A DNA stretch of 64,000 nt from Eledone cirrhosa (Eukaryota). Location: the NCBI GenBank assembly GCA_964016885.1, contig OZ024740.1, positions 73,470,001 to 73,534,000 on the forward strand. Reading direction: 5' to 3'. The notes beneath the pieces were generated by a model. That model was not told where the DNA came from. It saw only the letters and a list, made by a program, of their open reading frames with translations, and ran no database searches. Position numbers and translations under genes: made by a program. How positions within the stretch are numbered: the stretch's first letter is position 1; every line of letters starts with the position of its first letter. Shown here piece after piece: positions 37,671 to 51,260 of this stretch.

Positions 37671-39170
37671 ATGTGCAATGCCTGACTGCATGAAGCAAAT
37701 GTAAGGGATGTCGTGATACATGGTAACGAGATACAGGTATTTAATATGGAAGAGGTAAAGAAATTGGAGAGTAATGGGGTGAGCATAATTCACTGGATAT
37801 GTAATGTTAATTTGAATAGAGGAAGGAATACAGATGAGCTGTGAGATTGCCTGGACATTAAAGACAACTGCTGTACGTAGGAAAGACTATTATAATATAT
37901 AAAGCTATATATGGCCCCAGATATATGTTTATGTGCTATAAACATATTTAGTTTTACTCTTGAGTATTTTAACTCTTCTGTTGACAACCTGCACAAAACT
38001 GCCATTAGTTCAAAGAAACAAAACTATCCATTTTAAAGGGTTCCTTTTCAAATTTTAAACTTTCTAACATAATTTGTTATAAGACCCTTTTGTTATGTTA
38101 TAAATATCATCTTAATAATAAAATAATCATTTTGTAAATCCGTGTAAATTCTTCAATAATTAAATGAAATACAGTGCATACCATTAGAAATATGGTATTA
38201 AAAGAGTTAAGCTGTGACCATATCACAGTTATCTAAGCAGTGCATACATCTATTTCACAGTTGTTACTCTTTGTAAGCATGCACTTATGCCCAAATGCTG
38301 AGGTATGATATGAACCTTTTACTTTAGTTTTTCCATGTCTGCATGGTTTGGACAAGTCTTTTCCAGTACAGTTTTCCTTCTCTTCATCATTTCCTCTGAT
38401 TCTACCATAGAATTACATATTGTATATACTAACATAGAAATACAAAATATTGTCAAGACTCCACCCCAACCCATTACAAAACTTAATTTATATACAACAC
38501 CTCAAGTATATCAGTATGTCGAGCAGAAAATACAATACACACAAAGAAATTATTGTTGGCTAAAACAACCAGACGACATTATCACTATTCATGGTTGAGG
38601 TATGCAGAAATTCTAAACCTGACTGTTGGCAAAGCAAAGAAATTAATCAAAATCTTCGCCTATCAAGTCAATAGAACAAGCTTGCCTCAAGGACTTTAAT
38701 GAAGTTGATGGCGGAGAACGGAACGATGAGTAGACGTGGCTGTGAAATACTCAGCCATTTATACACTCCCTAACCAAAAGACTGAATGTTCATCGGCAAA
38801 ACCATCATTGAATCTCACAAAATGCAAAAATAAATAATATTTTAAAGAAAACATATTACATTTATACATGTAAATTAAATTTCAAATGAAGCCTTACTAA
38901 CGTAGTATATTGTGTTATGTTTTACAACTTCTGTTTATGAGTAGAATATTTTTTTAAAACAAAATACTGTGGCAATACTTTAAGCAGAAGCAGAGTTTGT
39001 TGCAGAACAACTTAAGAAAATATATGAAAGAAAAACTGCCATAAAACTACTTTGTAATAAGAAACCTAAAGCTATTTGTTTAATCAGCAGCATACCAACT
39101 GATTACGAAGAGATGTTTGTTTATTATTGTTTATATTTCTTTTTGTTTGTTTGTATGTATATGTGTATAC

Positions 39171-39255
39171 ATATGGGTGTCCCCCCAAAATGTATACATA
39201 CTTCAACAGCATTCTAACAAATATGTGCATACATTTTTGGGGGACATTCTGTATA
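39171..39255. mobile_element. Tiny Tc1/mariner-type MITE
   Basis: Imperfect inverted repeat atatgggtgtccccccaaaatgtatacata / tatgtgcatacatttttgggggacattctgtat. Confidence 0.55.
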
Positions 39256-39385
39256 TGTGTGTAGTTATGTATGTACCTATGTGTGTGCATGTATATGTGT
39301 ATGTATGTATGTATGTATGTATGTATCTATGTGTGTATATATATATATGTGTGTGTGTGTATGTATGTATCTATGTGTATGCATG

Positions 39386-39426
<41 letters not shown>

Positions 39427-39493
39427 CTATATGTGTATGAGTGTATGTATGTAGAAGGTATTTCACACGTATGTTAGTTACTTAAATGTATAT

Positions 39494-39528
<35 letters not shown>

Positions 39529-39854
39529 TATATGTGTGTATCTACGTATGAGTGTGTATGTATGCAGATGTTTCACAGGTAAGTTAGTTACTTCTATGTA
39601 ACAGATAGTGTTGAAAGAAATCTTCCATTCTTCCATTAAATTAATGTAGTATTACTTATTTTAAAAACCCAACTAAGTATGGAAGTATGTGAATAACAGT
39701 CAACCAGGTAACTAGAGAAATGGTTTGTATAACAGGTAAAGAATTTATTACAAATATAAAGTCTTTCTAGCCTTAACTTGAGTCATGGTTTATATAACAG
39801 GTAAAGAATTTATTACAAATATAAAGTATTTCTAGCTTTTACAAATATAAAGTA

Positions 39855-40476
39855 CTAGCAGTGGTACCCGGCATTGCACGGGATAAGGTATTTTGGAACG
39901 CGGGCCGCCAACAGACTTAATCGTGGAAAAACTGCATGCCTGGACAATATGTAAAGAAAATAAACCGAATACTCTGATGGCTGGATAATCTTTATATTTT
40001 CCTCGATGAAGCAGGAAAAATGCAGGTTTTCACCTAATGCGGGCCCTAGGGGATCAAGAAAATAAATTTATTTTATGTGCATAATATGCTTTGAAATTTC
40101 GGGGAAATCGGCTAGACGTATCGCCTCAAAAAAGCCCTAAAAAGCTGAAAAAATGAAGTTTTTCACCTAAGGCCATAAAAAAGTTGGATTTTCTTTGCTC
40201 ACGGTATGAAGAGACTGACTAATACATAGTTACAATTTCAAGGAAATCGGTCTGACGTAACGCCTCAAAAAATCCCTAAAGGCTGAAAAAACGCAGTTTT
40301 TCATCCCCTAGGGGATGAAAAAGCTGAATTTTTTTTATGTGCATAACACTCCCTGAAACATAAGTAACACACATGTCAAGTTTGAAAAAAGTCGGTTGGG
40401 TGCTTCTCGAGTTTTAGGGATTCAAACTCACAGACACACACACACGCACAGACATCCTCAGTTTTATATATATAGA
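39855..40476 (-). mobile_element. Non-autonomous Helitron
   Basis: Minus strand starts 5'-TCTATATATATAAAA and ends with the CCCG(TGCAATGC)CGGG hairpin plus CTAG-3'; A|T target, no TSD. Confidence 0.85.
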
Positions 40477-41039
40477 TATCTAGCCCTAACTAGAGTCGTG
40501 GTTTATCCAGATGGAGTGGGGGAGCGTTTTCTTGTGTGTAGTCAACACCTATAGAAGTGAGGTGGTCCAGGAGTCAAGAATATCGGAAGTCTCCACTGCT
40601 ACAAGTTCGACAAGAAACCTATAGGAGAGTGACGGATACATCGACAGTTAAGCCTCTTCGACCCGACGAGCCGAGCAGCGAAGCCCGTGTTAGTCACCGA
40701 ATGCACGAGGTTACCACGGGAGAGGGTGTCACAGTATGTTTTCGAATCAGCAGACTAAATATCAGTGTTCCTAGATCTAAGATTAATGAAGTTACAGATT
40801 GTACATCAGGATTTCTCAAAATCTCCCACGTAGACCCCTAGGGTGAATAAAAGTTTAGGAGGCTGGGGGAGGGCGGGGGTACTAGTTAGCATATTTTAAA
40901 ACCCTTTTATAATGGGAGAACAAAAATCGTTGTATCATGTAGACTAGCTGCCAGATATTGTACACCTAGCATTACATTTTTACTGATTCATGTCTCATGC
41001 AAGTTGTATTAAACACTGGTAAATTTGTTTCGTAATTTT

Positions 41040-41370
41040 AGGTTATCTTCACTGGCGGTTCGCCTAACAAAGATAACTGGTGATGCTCGTGCGGGCGCTT
41101 GGTTGTTCCAGCGCATCAGCCTCGCCATCACCCGAAGTAACGCTGCGAGTGTGTCTGCTGGCTTGCCTCAAAAATTATTAGAGGTTTCCCAATGCTCCTC
41201 GCGATATTGTTATCTTTTGATCTGGTAGCGGTTCGTTTGTCCACCCTTTTCGTCCGCCTTTTGTTGTATGTGGTCCTAGATGTATGTATTACCTGCTCGT
41301 GTGTTTTTTTTTCTCTCTCTTTTTAAATTATTTATAATATTATTTATACATCTCTCAGTAAATAAGAATT
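41040..41370 (+). mobile_element. CRE-clade non-LTR retrotransposon, extreme 3' fragment
   Basis: RLTKITGDARAGAWLFQRISLAITRSNAASV is the C-terminal motif that follows the RLE domain; similar to 60868-61074. Confidence 0.65.
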
Positions 41371-41889
41371 TTATTATATCATATTACTTTATTTGAGTGT
41401 GAATAGAAATTAAATTTTGATACAAAGAAAGAGGTCTATCCATTAAAAAGTTTGAGGTCCTGCAGTATATTAATGTTTTTTCGGGAAAGAGCAAAGGTAA
41501 CCTCAGCAAAAATTAAACTGGCTGGGAACCCTGATTTAATAGCTGAATGACACCCAAGATATTCATGTTTATTTGGTTAACTGTCAACAACAATAATACT
41601 AATAGCAGCCAAATATATAAATGAGTTTCACTCCGCTACCATCACCACTAATAGCGAATTCACCTCCACAACTACCACCACTACAATACCCCCCCCCCCC
41701 ACACACACACACACTATCACCACAACCAACACAGCCAAAACTACCACCACAGCGACCACTACCACAACAACCCTACCATCACCACCACCACAATCCACCA
41801 CAATCAACAACAACCCCCATCACCATCACGAGATAAACATCAGCAGAAACTAGTATTTTTTTCTCGTGTTTGTCGCAATTTATTAAATA

Positions 41890-42440
41890 CTAGCTGAGGT
41901 ACCCGGCTTCGCTCGGGAGAACAGTTAAAAGAAGACGGATAAAAGAGAAAACGACTGTATTGGATGTGTTATCTGGTATGAGGTGAGACCGTAATGTGTG
42001 TGTGTGTGAGTGTGAGTGTGTGTGAATGTGTGTGAGTGAGACAAAAAAAATCATAAAACTTATTAGGCTGGGAGAGTAAACTGCTGACTAAATGGCAGCA
42101 TTGGCCTTGGGTTTTAAATGTGAAGTACCCATAGTCAGTATGATCTTTTTCAGCCCCAAAGGACGTCATCTGAAACAACAATATGCCGCATAACATTGCT
42201 TCTGGTGTTTTGTCTGTAAGTAGTATATGGATAAAAGCTGGAGGGTAGATTAATTTCAAATAGTATCAATTTTTCTTTGTTCTGTAAAATCAAAGACTGT
42301 AAAACGACTTAATAAAAGCTAACGCAATATTGTTAAACCTTCTACTGATACTTTTGTGGGACTTCTCTCTCTGAATATCTAACACTTTAATTGTATCTCC
42401 AACCAACCAATAAACATCTTCCTTTTATATTATATATAGA
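41890..42440 (-). mobile_element. Non-autonomous Helitron
   Basis: 5'-TCTATATA start, CCCG(AGCGAAGC)CGGG hairpin and CTAG end, A|T target. Confidence 0.8.
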
Positions 42441-42552
42441 TAACAAACAAATGTTTATTTATAAATTGAATATCTTTATCAAAACCTCAGGTGGATGTTG
42501 CTTTGCCGTCCCAGTGGATAGAATCACGATCATGTTACTCCAGAGGATAGCT

Positions 42553-42850
42553 CATCATCATCATCACTCGGCGACTACTGTCGAGATGATGGATCTCACT
42601 CTCATGCCCCAGAATCCCCTGTCCCCCATCGCTGCCCCCAGGTCCTGTCTGCTGATTCCCGTATCCCTAGAGATAACGTCAGGGAATGACAGCTTCCTAC
42701 TCCTAGTCAGGCTGGAGTCAAGGTTCCAGAGCAAGAGAGCGGATATGATTTCATTGCTGGCACGGTGACAGTGGCCAGCAAATTGAGCTCTCCGGGATTT
42801 TAGAAGGGCAGAGGCTCGAGGGAGTTTGCCATAGATTTTAGAGGATAGCT
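42553..42850 (-). mobile_element. RTE-like LINE 3' fragment from a different family
   Basis: Minus strand reads KSRRAQFAGHCHRASNEIISALLLW...DLGAAMGDRGFW, then a (TGA)n tail. Confidence 0.7.
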
Positions 42851-42876
42851 AGGGAAATGTGGTTAGAAGTAATAAT

Positions 42877-43064
42877 TGTTTCTACTTTTGGCACAAGGCC
42901 AGCAATTACCCAGTGTATTTTATCGTACTTTATTTTATCGACCCCGTAAGGATGAAAGGCAAAGTTAACCTCGGCGGGATTTGAACTCAGAATGGCAAGG
43001 GCCGTAACTCAATGCGTCAAAGCATGGCGTCCGACCCTCTACCGATACTGCCAATCCACCGCCC
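42877..43064 (-). mobile_element. Full-length tRNA-derived SINE with 14-bp TSD
   Basis: Complete head, B box and core, flanked by TTAGAAGTAATAAT at 42863-42876 and 43065-43078. Confidence 0.92.
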
Positions 43065-43159
43065 TTAGAAGTAATAATGTGTCAGAGATCTATATTTACT
43101 TCTCACTGTTTGAGGGCTAATCCGCCTAGTGGTCTCGGCGGACAGATTGGAGAAGACAA

Positions 43160-43510
43160 AATTGTTTCTACTTTTGGCACAAGAACGGCAATTTGAAGGG
43201 AATGGACGGAAAGTCGATTAAATCGATCCCAGTGCATTACTAGTACTCTATTTTATTGACCCTAAGAATGAAAGGCAAAAGAAACCTCGGCGAAAGCGGT
43301 TTGAAGTAATAATTGTTTCTATTTTTGACACCAGACCAACAATTTGAATGGAAGAGGAAAGCCGATTAAATCGACCCAGTGCGTTAGTGGTTCTTTATTT
43401 TATCGACCCCGTAAAGTTGAACAGCAAAGCTAACCTTGGCGGGATTTGAACTCCGAACGAAAAGGTTCGTAACTATATGCCGCAAAGCGTGTCCGACAAT
43501 CCACCGCCCA
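43160..43510 (-). mobile_element. Two additional diverged SINE copies in tandem
   Basis: Repeat the attgtttctacttttggcac tail and the ttttatcgacccc core. Confidence 0.7.
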
Positions 43511-44362
43511 TTAATAATACAATGTCTTTATTCTTTTCATCGTAACGACTGACAACACAATAAAAAAATCTATATCAATATCGTTATTAATTTCTAAAAT
43601 TCTAGATTAGCCTGAGATAATAATAATTAATGTAATTTAAGTTGTGTGACTGACATAAAATAATACGTTTTATATAGATAACGACGATTGTCACCAGATG
43701 ATGATAAGAGCAAACAGTACATCAGAAACCCAGCAACCATTGTGAAATAAATAGATAATTACATAACACAATACAGCACTTAAAGACATTTTTCTATAGT
43801 CCGAAATATATTTGAAAGACAGTCGGTCGCAAAAAGATGTTACTGATCTCCGTCATACCCGTATTATCGAGAATTAACTCTATACCATACAAGTTATAAA
43901 CAAATTTTATGATAACGACAGTACTGGTTTTTACGAACGACGATACAAATCAGTGTGATCACACACACACACTATATCAAATAAGAAAAAACTAAGAGTG
44001 ATTTTGAAATTAAAAAAAAATAAGGCGTTCTTTCGTTTTAGGTAGACGGCAATTTCCGATCAATAATTTAATTTTATATTCATTTAAATCTATTACAATA
44101 GTTTTCTTTAATCATTATCAAACATAATTTAATTTAAACCATTCAATCATTCAACATTTACATAAATTCTTGCTGATACGCGGGATAAAGTCATGTACCA
44201 TATATGTGATATTTCCTTTCCTTTTACAAATAAATCATTCAGAAGTTACATATACAAATCAATCAGGTACCCTTCGATTTCATCTAATTCATTTTATTAA
44301 GTACGGAGATTGCTGTCTACTGAAAACGAAAGAACATCGACAAATAATAGATGTATATTTAC

Positions 44363-44436
44363 CACTGAAACATAATTTGCGTAAACTTTCCATATCAATT
44401 TCATCAGCCTCCAACACATTGGCAAACTGTTTTAAT
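44363..44436 (-). CDS. TBC1D13: TBC1D13-like exon 2 (RLKQFANVLEADEIDMESLRKLCFSG)
   Basis: tttag acceptor, GTAAAT donor, 74 nt. Matches the recalled human segment RIADFQDVLKEPSIALEKLRELSFSG. Confidence 0.9.
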
Positions 44437-46137
44437 CTAAATAGATTGAGAAATAAACAAAGTAATTATATAACAAATAATCATACGGAGTTTAGGGTTG
44501 TATAGGAACTGTATCATTAGCATTACGTTCATAGATAATAGGAAATTATAATAACAATTACGTATCTTATATACAAGACTGAAAATCTCAGGGAAGTCAG
44601 TACTGTGGCGTTCATGCCTTTTTCTAGAAACGATAACAGTGCTTGCTGAGATCTGACAACGACTCAATACAGTCAATAATAAATAACAAACCAACAAGAG
44701 TGCCTCTAGTGTTGCTTGATCTGTTAGAAATAACAGCTGAATTCTCCCTCAAATTACATCCTACATGTTTTGGAAACGAGAGAGCTTTGGATAATGTAAT
44801 CCTATATACACTATGACCGAGAGACGAATGGGGTGGTTCGGAATGCTTCAATTATAGGTCTATTTAGATAGAAGTCACCTGGGGCTAAACAACATAACTG
44901 TTGGATAGAAATTATTTCTTATAAACACACAAAATAAGGTTTATAGAATAGAATATGAGAATGTGTGACATTCATGCCACTCCCGAACAATAATAATAAT
45001 AATAATTTATTATATTGATACATAAACCACAATAACAGACGGGTGGTGTGGATATAATAGGTTGAATCGAACACCAATACAAGACAGGTGATCATTGTAT
45101 TAACCCTTATGTGATGAAAGACAGTGGAACTAAGTGAGATTTGAACTCACGAGTGATACACTAAAACTAAATATAGTAAAACATCATTTATCCCGCCAAT
45201 CTACTGTCTTCAACTCATCAACCCCTGATACAAAATAGTTTGTAACAGAATTAATTGTGAATTGATAAACACAAGAAAATATCGAGTGCTAGAAATAGCA
45301 GCCAAGTGACCAATATCCTGAATACATTATAAAAAAAGGTTTAATTTCGTTTAAATTTCATTTTAATTCGCTACAAATGTATACTACTAACAACATTAAC
45401 AATATATTTGTATATGCAACTTCAATAATAATAATAATAATAATTGTTTCTACTTTTTGGCACAAGGCCAGCAATTACCCAGTACATTAATAATAATAAT
45501 AGTTTCTAAATTTGGCACAGCAATTTTGGGAGGTAGCAAAAATCGATTATATCGATCCCATTACTTAACTGGTATTTTATTTTATCCACCATGGAAGGAT
45601 GAAAAGAAATGTTGACATAATGACGATAATAATAATCGTCTCCTTAATAATGCATTAACAACACTGGATAGTAAAATAAATTGCTTTTATTATCTTATAA
45701 TCGAAACTATTAGCTTTATTAGGAAGTGATTGATTAGCAATGTAAGTATTGTGTAGAATATAAACACAGAAAATAATAGCGAGAACATAAACAATTTAGA
45801 AGAGGATATCAAGTATAATGAAAGTTTCGTAGAAGTTAAAATATAATAGTTTCAAACATTAAATAATAACAATAATAATATAGACATTGAATGTAATAAT
45901 TAGATATTTCGCATTTGAAAATTCAGTGAATTATTGTTTGTAAGTGGAATTAAGGAGGCGTGTCGTTGAATAAAGCCAACAAACTTTGTCTGATAGTAAA
46001 CAATAAACAAAGTGACATCGAGAAAATGTCTAATTATAAGAAAACGAAATATTTACAATAGAATATATACGATGAAATAACTCGTTAATGAATGTCAATA
46101 AATTTACTGGAGGTTTGTTTTTATTAAATGTACCTAC

Positions 46138-46157
46138 CTCGTTCTGTAAGCTGCCAT
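46138..46157 (-). CDS. TBC1D13: TBC1D13-like Rab GTPase-activating protein, coding exon 1 (MAAYRTR)
   Basis: ATG GCA GCT TAC AGA ACG AG followed by a GTAGGT donor. Phase 2 joins exon 2 in frame. Resembles the short N-terminus of TBC1D13 as recalled. Confidence 0.75.
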
Positions 46158-46523
46158 TTTAGCTAATGTAAAGCTAAATTTATCAATAGGAAAATATTCG
46201 TATATGCAAAACACTTGTTTGATATTAAAACTATATTACATACTTTTCAGGGAAAGATAATATAAAGACACCATATTGTATTTTAATCTGAAATTATTTT
46301 ACAGTTTAAAATATTTGACTATGAATTTAAAAAAAGTGTTTTGTCACACATATTTATATATTTAAAAATACGTAAGGAAAAACTAGTACTTGTTAAGCAG
46401 CCGCTACCACTCACAAGACCCTTCCCTATAAAACCGCCTCCTATGTTAACATTTAAGTATATATATATATATTATATTATACTATGTTGTTAGTATGAAC
46501 TGGAAGGTGACGGTTTATACCAA

Positions 46524-46616
46524 ATATATGAGTTGTTTATTTTAACAGGCAGAGGGAGAGGGTACTCATTATTATATTTATATGCTATCTATGTCACATG
46601 TATGTATATGTATCTT

Positions 46617-46659
<43 letters not shown>

Positions 46660-46799
46660 TTACACATACTCATATACACACATATATAAATACACACACA
46701 CATATATATATACATAAACACATGTATGTATCTATGTATATATATGTGTGTACATATATGAGTGTGTATATAATATATATGTGTGTGTGCGTGTATATA

Positions 46800-46832
<33 letters not shown>

Positions 46833-46958
46833 CATATATATATATTATATACACACTCACATATTTATATACACATATACATACATGTGACATAGATAAC
46901 ATCTAAATATTATGAGTACTCTCTCCCTCTGTCTTAAAATAAACAACTCATATATATA
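46524..46958. mobile_element. Fold-back/MITE-like element with ~90-bp imperfect inverted arms around a (TA/CA) microsatellite core
   Basis: atatatgagttgtttattttaa..agagggagag..atctatgtcacatgtatgtatatg pairs with catatacatacatgtgacatagat..ctctccctct..ttaaaataaacaactcatatat. Confidence 0.75.
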
Positions 46959-47352
46959 TACAGAGAGAGAAACATAAACACACGTCTATGTATGTATATA
47001 TACGCATCTATGTATACATATATAAACTCAAGTCGAAACCGCTTAGCGGCGCGATCGGGATTTTACATATCTCTATAAATAAATATATATCTGTGTATTA
47101 CATGCCAAGTACTTTCACTTTAATAATTTCCAACGAAAACCAGGAACAATTTATTTACATCTCGGTTTAGATTTTGCAAAAAAAAAAAATCTTTATGTAA
47201 ACAACAAATGAAACTCTTACAGTCGAGATATATGTATGTGATGGGGTGAAGTATATATAACACCTTCGGTTATCCGTACAATTGGGAGATTAAAAAAAAC
47301 TACCTTTAGAGTGTTTAAAGTTTAATAACAACAAGCGACCCCGTTTTATAAC

Positions 47353-47540
47353 AATTGTTTCTACTTTTGGCATAAGGCCAGCAATTACCCAGTTCATTGC
47401 TAGTACTTTATTTTATCGATCCAGTAAGGATGAAAAGCAAAGTTAACCTCGGCGGGATTTGAACTCAGAATGGCAAGGGCCGTAATTCTATGCGTCAAAG
47501 CATGGCGTCCGACCCTCTACCGATGCTGCCAATCCACCGC
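47353..47540 (-). mobile_element. tRNA-derived SINE
   Basis: Near-identical to 42877-43064. Confidence 0.88.
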
Positions 47541-47559
47541 CATCACTTTATATAATGAT

Positions 47560-48863
47560 AATCATGAAATTATTGTGTACAGTGCTCGGGTGCACTACAA
47601 CCCATCAAACGTACATGTATAGTACATAGAAAAATGTACAAATGTCAGGAAAATGAACAGTGTATGAGTCATGAAATACATGTGTGCGTGTGTATGGAGG
47701 GGGATATCGGGTATAGTGTTGGCGAATTTCAGGAAGCATGGAGGTTTTAAAGGAAGCAGTGTCTCGGCAGCTAACAACTGATGCAGGTAGTTTGTTCCAT
47801 GGTTCAGCAATTCTGAACGTGAAAAAATGTTTCCGAAAGTCATGGGAGCTGTGCTGTTTTCTGATTTTGTAGGCATGCCCACGTGTGTTAGACACATGGA
47901 AATCAAAAAGGTGCTAAGAGTTGTTGTTGGCAAGATGGTTAGTAATTTTGTGGGTGTTTACCAAGTCAGTTACCAGACGTCGGAGCTTCAATGTATCCAT
48001 GCCCAGGGAGGCAAGGCGTTCAGAGTATGGTAGGTGTCTGATGGAGGGTATACGCTTGGTTGCACGTCTCTGAACAGTTTCCAGGAGGTCAATGTTCTGA
48101 GCAAGATAGGGGTTCCAGACTGGTGATGCAAATTCTAAGTGTGGCCGCACTATAACTATATACAGCTTTAAATAGATGGCTGGAGAGCGGCTGACAAAGG
48201 TCTTGCTGAGTGATGCTAATACACCCTTGGCCTTCTTGACAATTTTAGAGACGTGCTTTGTCTAAAGCAAATTGCTGCTGACGGTAATGCCCAGGTCACG
48301 TTCACAAGAACACTTCTTGATATTAGTTTTGTGGAGGGAGTATGCGGACGCTGGGTTTTTCCTCTCAAAATGCATGGTGGTACACTTGTCCACAGCCAGC
48401 TTGAGTTGTCTGTCCGTAATCCATTGTTGCAATGTGTCCAGGTCTAATTGCAGGAAAGATCTATAGTGTTCAGGATCTGTCCTTTTTATCTCAAAGTACA
48501 GCTTGATGTCATCTGCATGTTTCAATAGTGTGGCATTATTTAAGTTGGCATCTATGTCATTAATATATGCAACAAACAAAGGGGGACCAAGAACAGATCA
48601 CTGTGGTACACCAGATGACATCTCATATAGTGAAGAATGCTGTCCTAGAACTGTAACTACCTCTCTTCGACTGAGAATTGAAGGACTTCAACCAGTTTAA
48701 AAAATCATACTTCACACTCATTGCAAAGAGTTTTGCCATAAGTCATTTGTGTGGCACAGAATTAAAAGCTTAAGCAAAGTCAAGGTAAACAACATCCACC
48801 CATGAGTCGCCGTCAGTGATCCGGGTGATGTCTTCAAGAAACTCGATAAGTTGATCACAGCAG
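47560..48863 (-). mobile_element. CR1-type LINE RT region and 3' end, degenerate, running into the assembly gap
   Basis: FVAYINDI..LKHADDIKL, ERDLGIT, RPHLEFASPVWNP, LETVQRRATK and NTRGHAYK..WNKLPASV are CR1 ORF2 motifs. Confidence 0.9.
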
Positions 48864-49063
48864 NNNNNNNNNNNNNNNNNNNNNNNNNNNNNNNNNNNNN
48901 NNNNNNNNNNNNNNNNNNNNNNNNNNNNNNNNNNNNNNNNNNNNNNNNNNNNNNNNNNNNNNNNNNNNNNNNNNNNNNNNNNNNNNNNNNNNNNNNNNNN
49001 NNNNNNNNNNNNNNNNNNNNNNNNNNNNNNNNNNNNNNNNNNNNNNNNNNNNNNNNNNNNNNN
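48864..49063. other. Assembly gap (200 N)
   Basis: Run of N. Confidence 1.
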
Positions 49064-49894
49064 AGAGAATGTATGTGAGCCCGCGGAATGTAGGTCACTA
49101 CAACACGGTCGTCGGTTTTAGTTGTTGTTGTTCAACAGCAATGGTAGAGGTAGATACACAGGCCAGGCACTGAAAGGTCCAATTTGGTAGCTGGACCATT
49201 TCCAGAGTTCATCCATCATAGAAATATGGTGTCTCTTTTTCTGACCTGTGTTCTTTCGAAAGTTTGTGGCACATGGAAGGCAGACAGAAACACGGCATTT
49301 ACCACATTCAACGCATCGATTTCGGAAGGAGTTCTCTTGTTCTGTACATAGATGACAGACGTGATTTTCTGGGGAATGTTCTATTTTGGAACATCGACCA
49401 GTTTTATCACACACTTCATCCATGGATGTCACAATAGCAATTTTGTTCTGTCTGTCCATCCGTAGAGTAGAACAAAATGTAAACAAATCGATATGCTGCG
49501 TAAGTTTTAGCACACTTGTTAACGAGATAAATAAAATGTTTGTTTATGTTTTGTTTTTTTTTCGTTTTCTTATGTGTGTGTGTGTGTAATTAAAAGGTGT
49601 ATGTGGGTTAGAAATGAACTCGATGTTCAGAATGGTTTTATAATGTACGTAAGATTGGCCGGTATAGTGTCTCACTCGAAATAGTGTGATGCGTATAGTG
49701 TATGCGTGTGTGGTATGTATCTATATATAAATCTGTATCTATATATAAATCTGTGTGTATATTGTTGTTTATAGAGTTTGAGAAGTACTTACTGTGATCC
49801 CTAAGGGATGTAGTGATTTATTTTTTTCATTCATATCTACACGTGGTTTTTTGGTGAAAATCAGATATACTTCGTTAAAGTGATATTATGTTGA

Positions 49895-50560
49895 AACTGG
49901 CTGGTGATACGGTCATACCTGCAGCCACTGGGGTCCAACAGGGTGACCCTTTGGGCCCCTCATATTTACTCTTGGTATAGACCACATTGCCTGGAGTATC
50001 ACAGCTCCTCTCAACGTTTGGTACCTGGATGATGCGACGTTGGGCAGGCCCGTAGAGACTGTCTGCCAAGACCTACAATCGGTGGTTCCTGCTCTGGCGG
50101 GAATCGGCCTCCAGGTCGACTCGTACAAGTCGGAGGTGGTCAACCACGATGCTGGGAGCTTTGTAGCCTCCGTCTCGGACATGCGATCCATTCTCCTCCA
50201 GGTACAGGTGATCCCTAAAGAGGATGTCCTCATCCTCTCAACCATCCGCTCAACTATCAGGTCCAGGCTCCAGCAACTCAAGACCCTCACCAGGCTGCAG
50301 GGACACTTTCTCCAGCCGCAACCTGGTTCAGTCTGCGACTAACCCAGGTTCTGTTGCACTTTGGGCTGAGGAGGGCGAACTCTCCAAGTATCGGTCGCAC
50401 TCCGACAGGTTTGCGGTCGTGCCCCTAGCAGTGGAGACTTCTGGTGTCCTTGGCCTTAGGGCTACATCCCTACTTACCACCATAGGTGCTGAGCTGGCTA
50501 GCCGCAGGTGTGAGCCTGCCTCATCATCCTCCGGGGAAACGACTTCTCCATTCTGTCCGC
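49895..50560 (+). mobile_element. CRE-clade (RLE-type) non-LTR retrotransposon, internally deleted RT-RLE remnant
   Basis: RT motifs TGVQQGDPLGP and NVWYLDD are joined to RLE motifs CRDTFS..SKY..FAVVPLAVETSGVLG. Confidence 0.8.
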
Positions 50561-50702
50561 CGGAGCCGTGGAGCGGTCAGCACGTAGGATCCCATTTGCT
50601 AATAATACAGAAAGATGGGGAGGGGGAGAGAGATGGAAGCGATGACAGTGGGAGTTCGGCTCTTCCGTGTTCGGACACATTTATCAACCCCATTATCATT
50701 AC

Positions 50703-50848
<146 letters not shown>

Positions 50849-50888
50849 TACAAATATTAATAAAATAGATGTTCTTGTGATCAATTAA

Positions 50889-50941
50889 ATTTTATTATAC
50901 ATATTTCAGAGGTACAACAGTACGTCCTCATCAGATAAAAT
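50889..50941 (-). ncRNA. Type I hammerhead ribozyme (mirror copy)
   Basis: attttat-CTGATGA-ggacgtac(tgtt)gtacctct-GAAA-tatgta-TA-ataaaat; 7-bp stem I, 8-bp stem II with one mismatch. Confidence 0.8.
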
Positions 50942-51043
50942 AAAATGATACATGACATACCCTGAGATGTTAAATGGTTAAGATTTAATCAAGGTAGTAA
51001 ATCTTAACCATTTAACATCTCACGGTATGTCATGTATCATTTT

Positions 51044-51096
51044 ATTTTATCTGATGAGAACGTACTGTTGTACCTCTGAAATATGTATAATAAAAT
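51044..51096 (+). ncRNA. Type I hammerhead ribozyme
   Basis: attttat-CTGATGA-gaacgtac(tgtt)gtacctct-GAAA-tatgta-TA-ataaaat; short near-palindromic stem III typical of Penelope HHRs. Confidence 0.78.
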
Positions 51097-51260
51097 TTAA
51101 TTGATCACAAGAACATCTATTTTATTTATATTTGTATTTTAATATTAATAACTCTGGAAAATATTTAACTGTAGAGTGCTTCCAATCTACTGTAAAACTC
51201 ATTCTTTGATGTACTCATTGAATCTTGTTTAACTCTTTAATATACACAGTTCAAGAGTAA

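Noticed and set aside
36226-37786. Cys/His-rich repeat proteins (MSHCV, CNVTL)
   Set aside because: Translations of a 15-bp minisatellite that is open in several frames on both strands.
38720-38800. Additional hammerhead-like motifs (ACGATGA on +, CCGATGA on -)
   Set aside because: The plus-strand motif has two core changes and no stem I; the minus-strand motif lacks GAAA after stem II.
39084-39477. YIYI/CVCV/THTH-type ORFs here and near 1106, 17394, 31090, 46533 and 50577
   Set aside because: Dinucleotide microsatellite artefacts.
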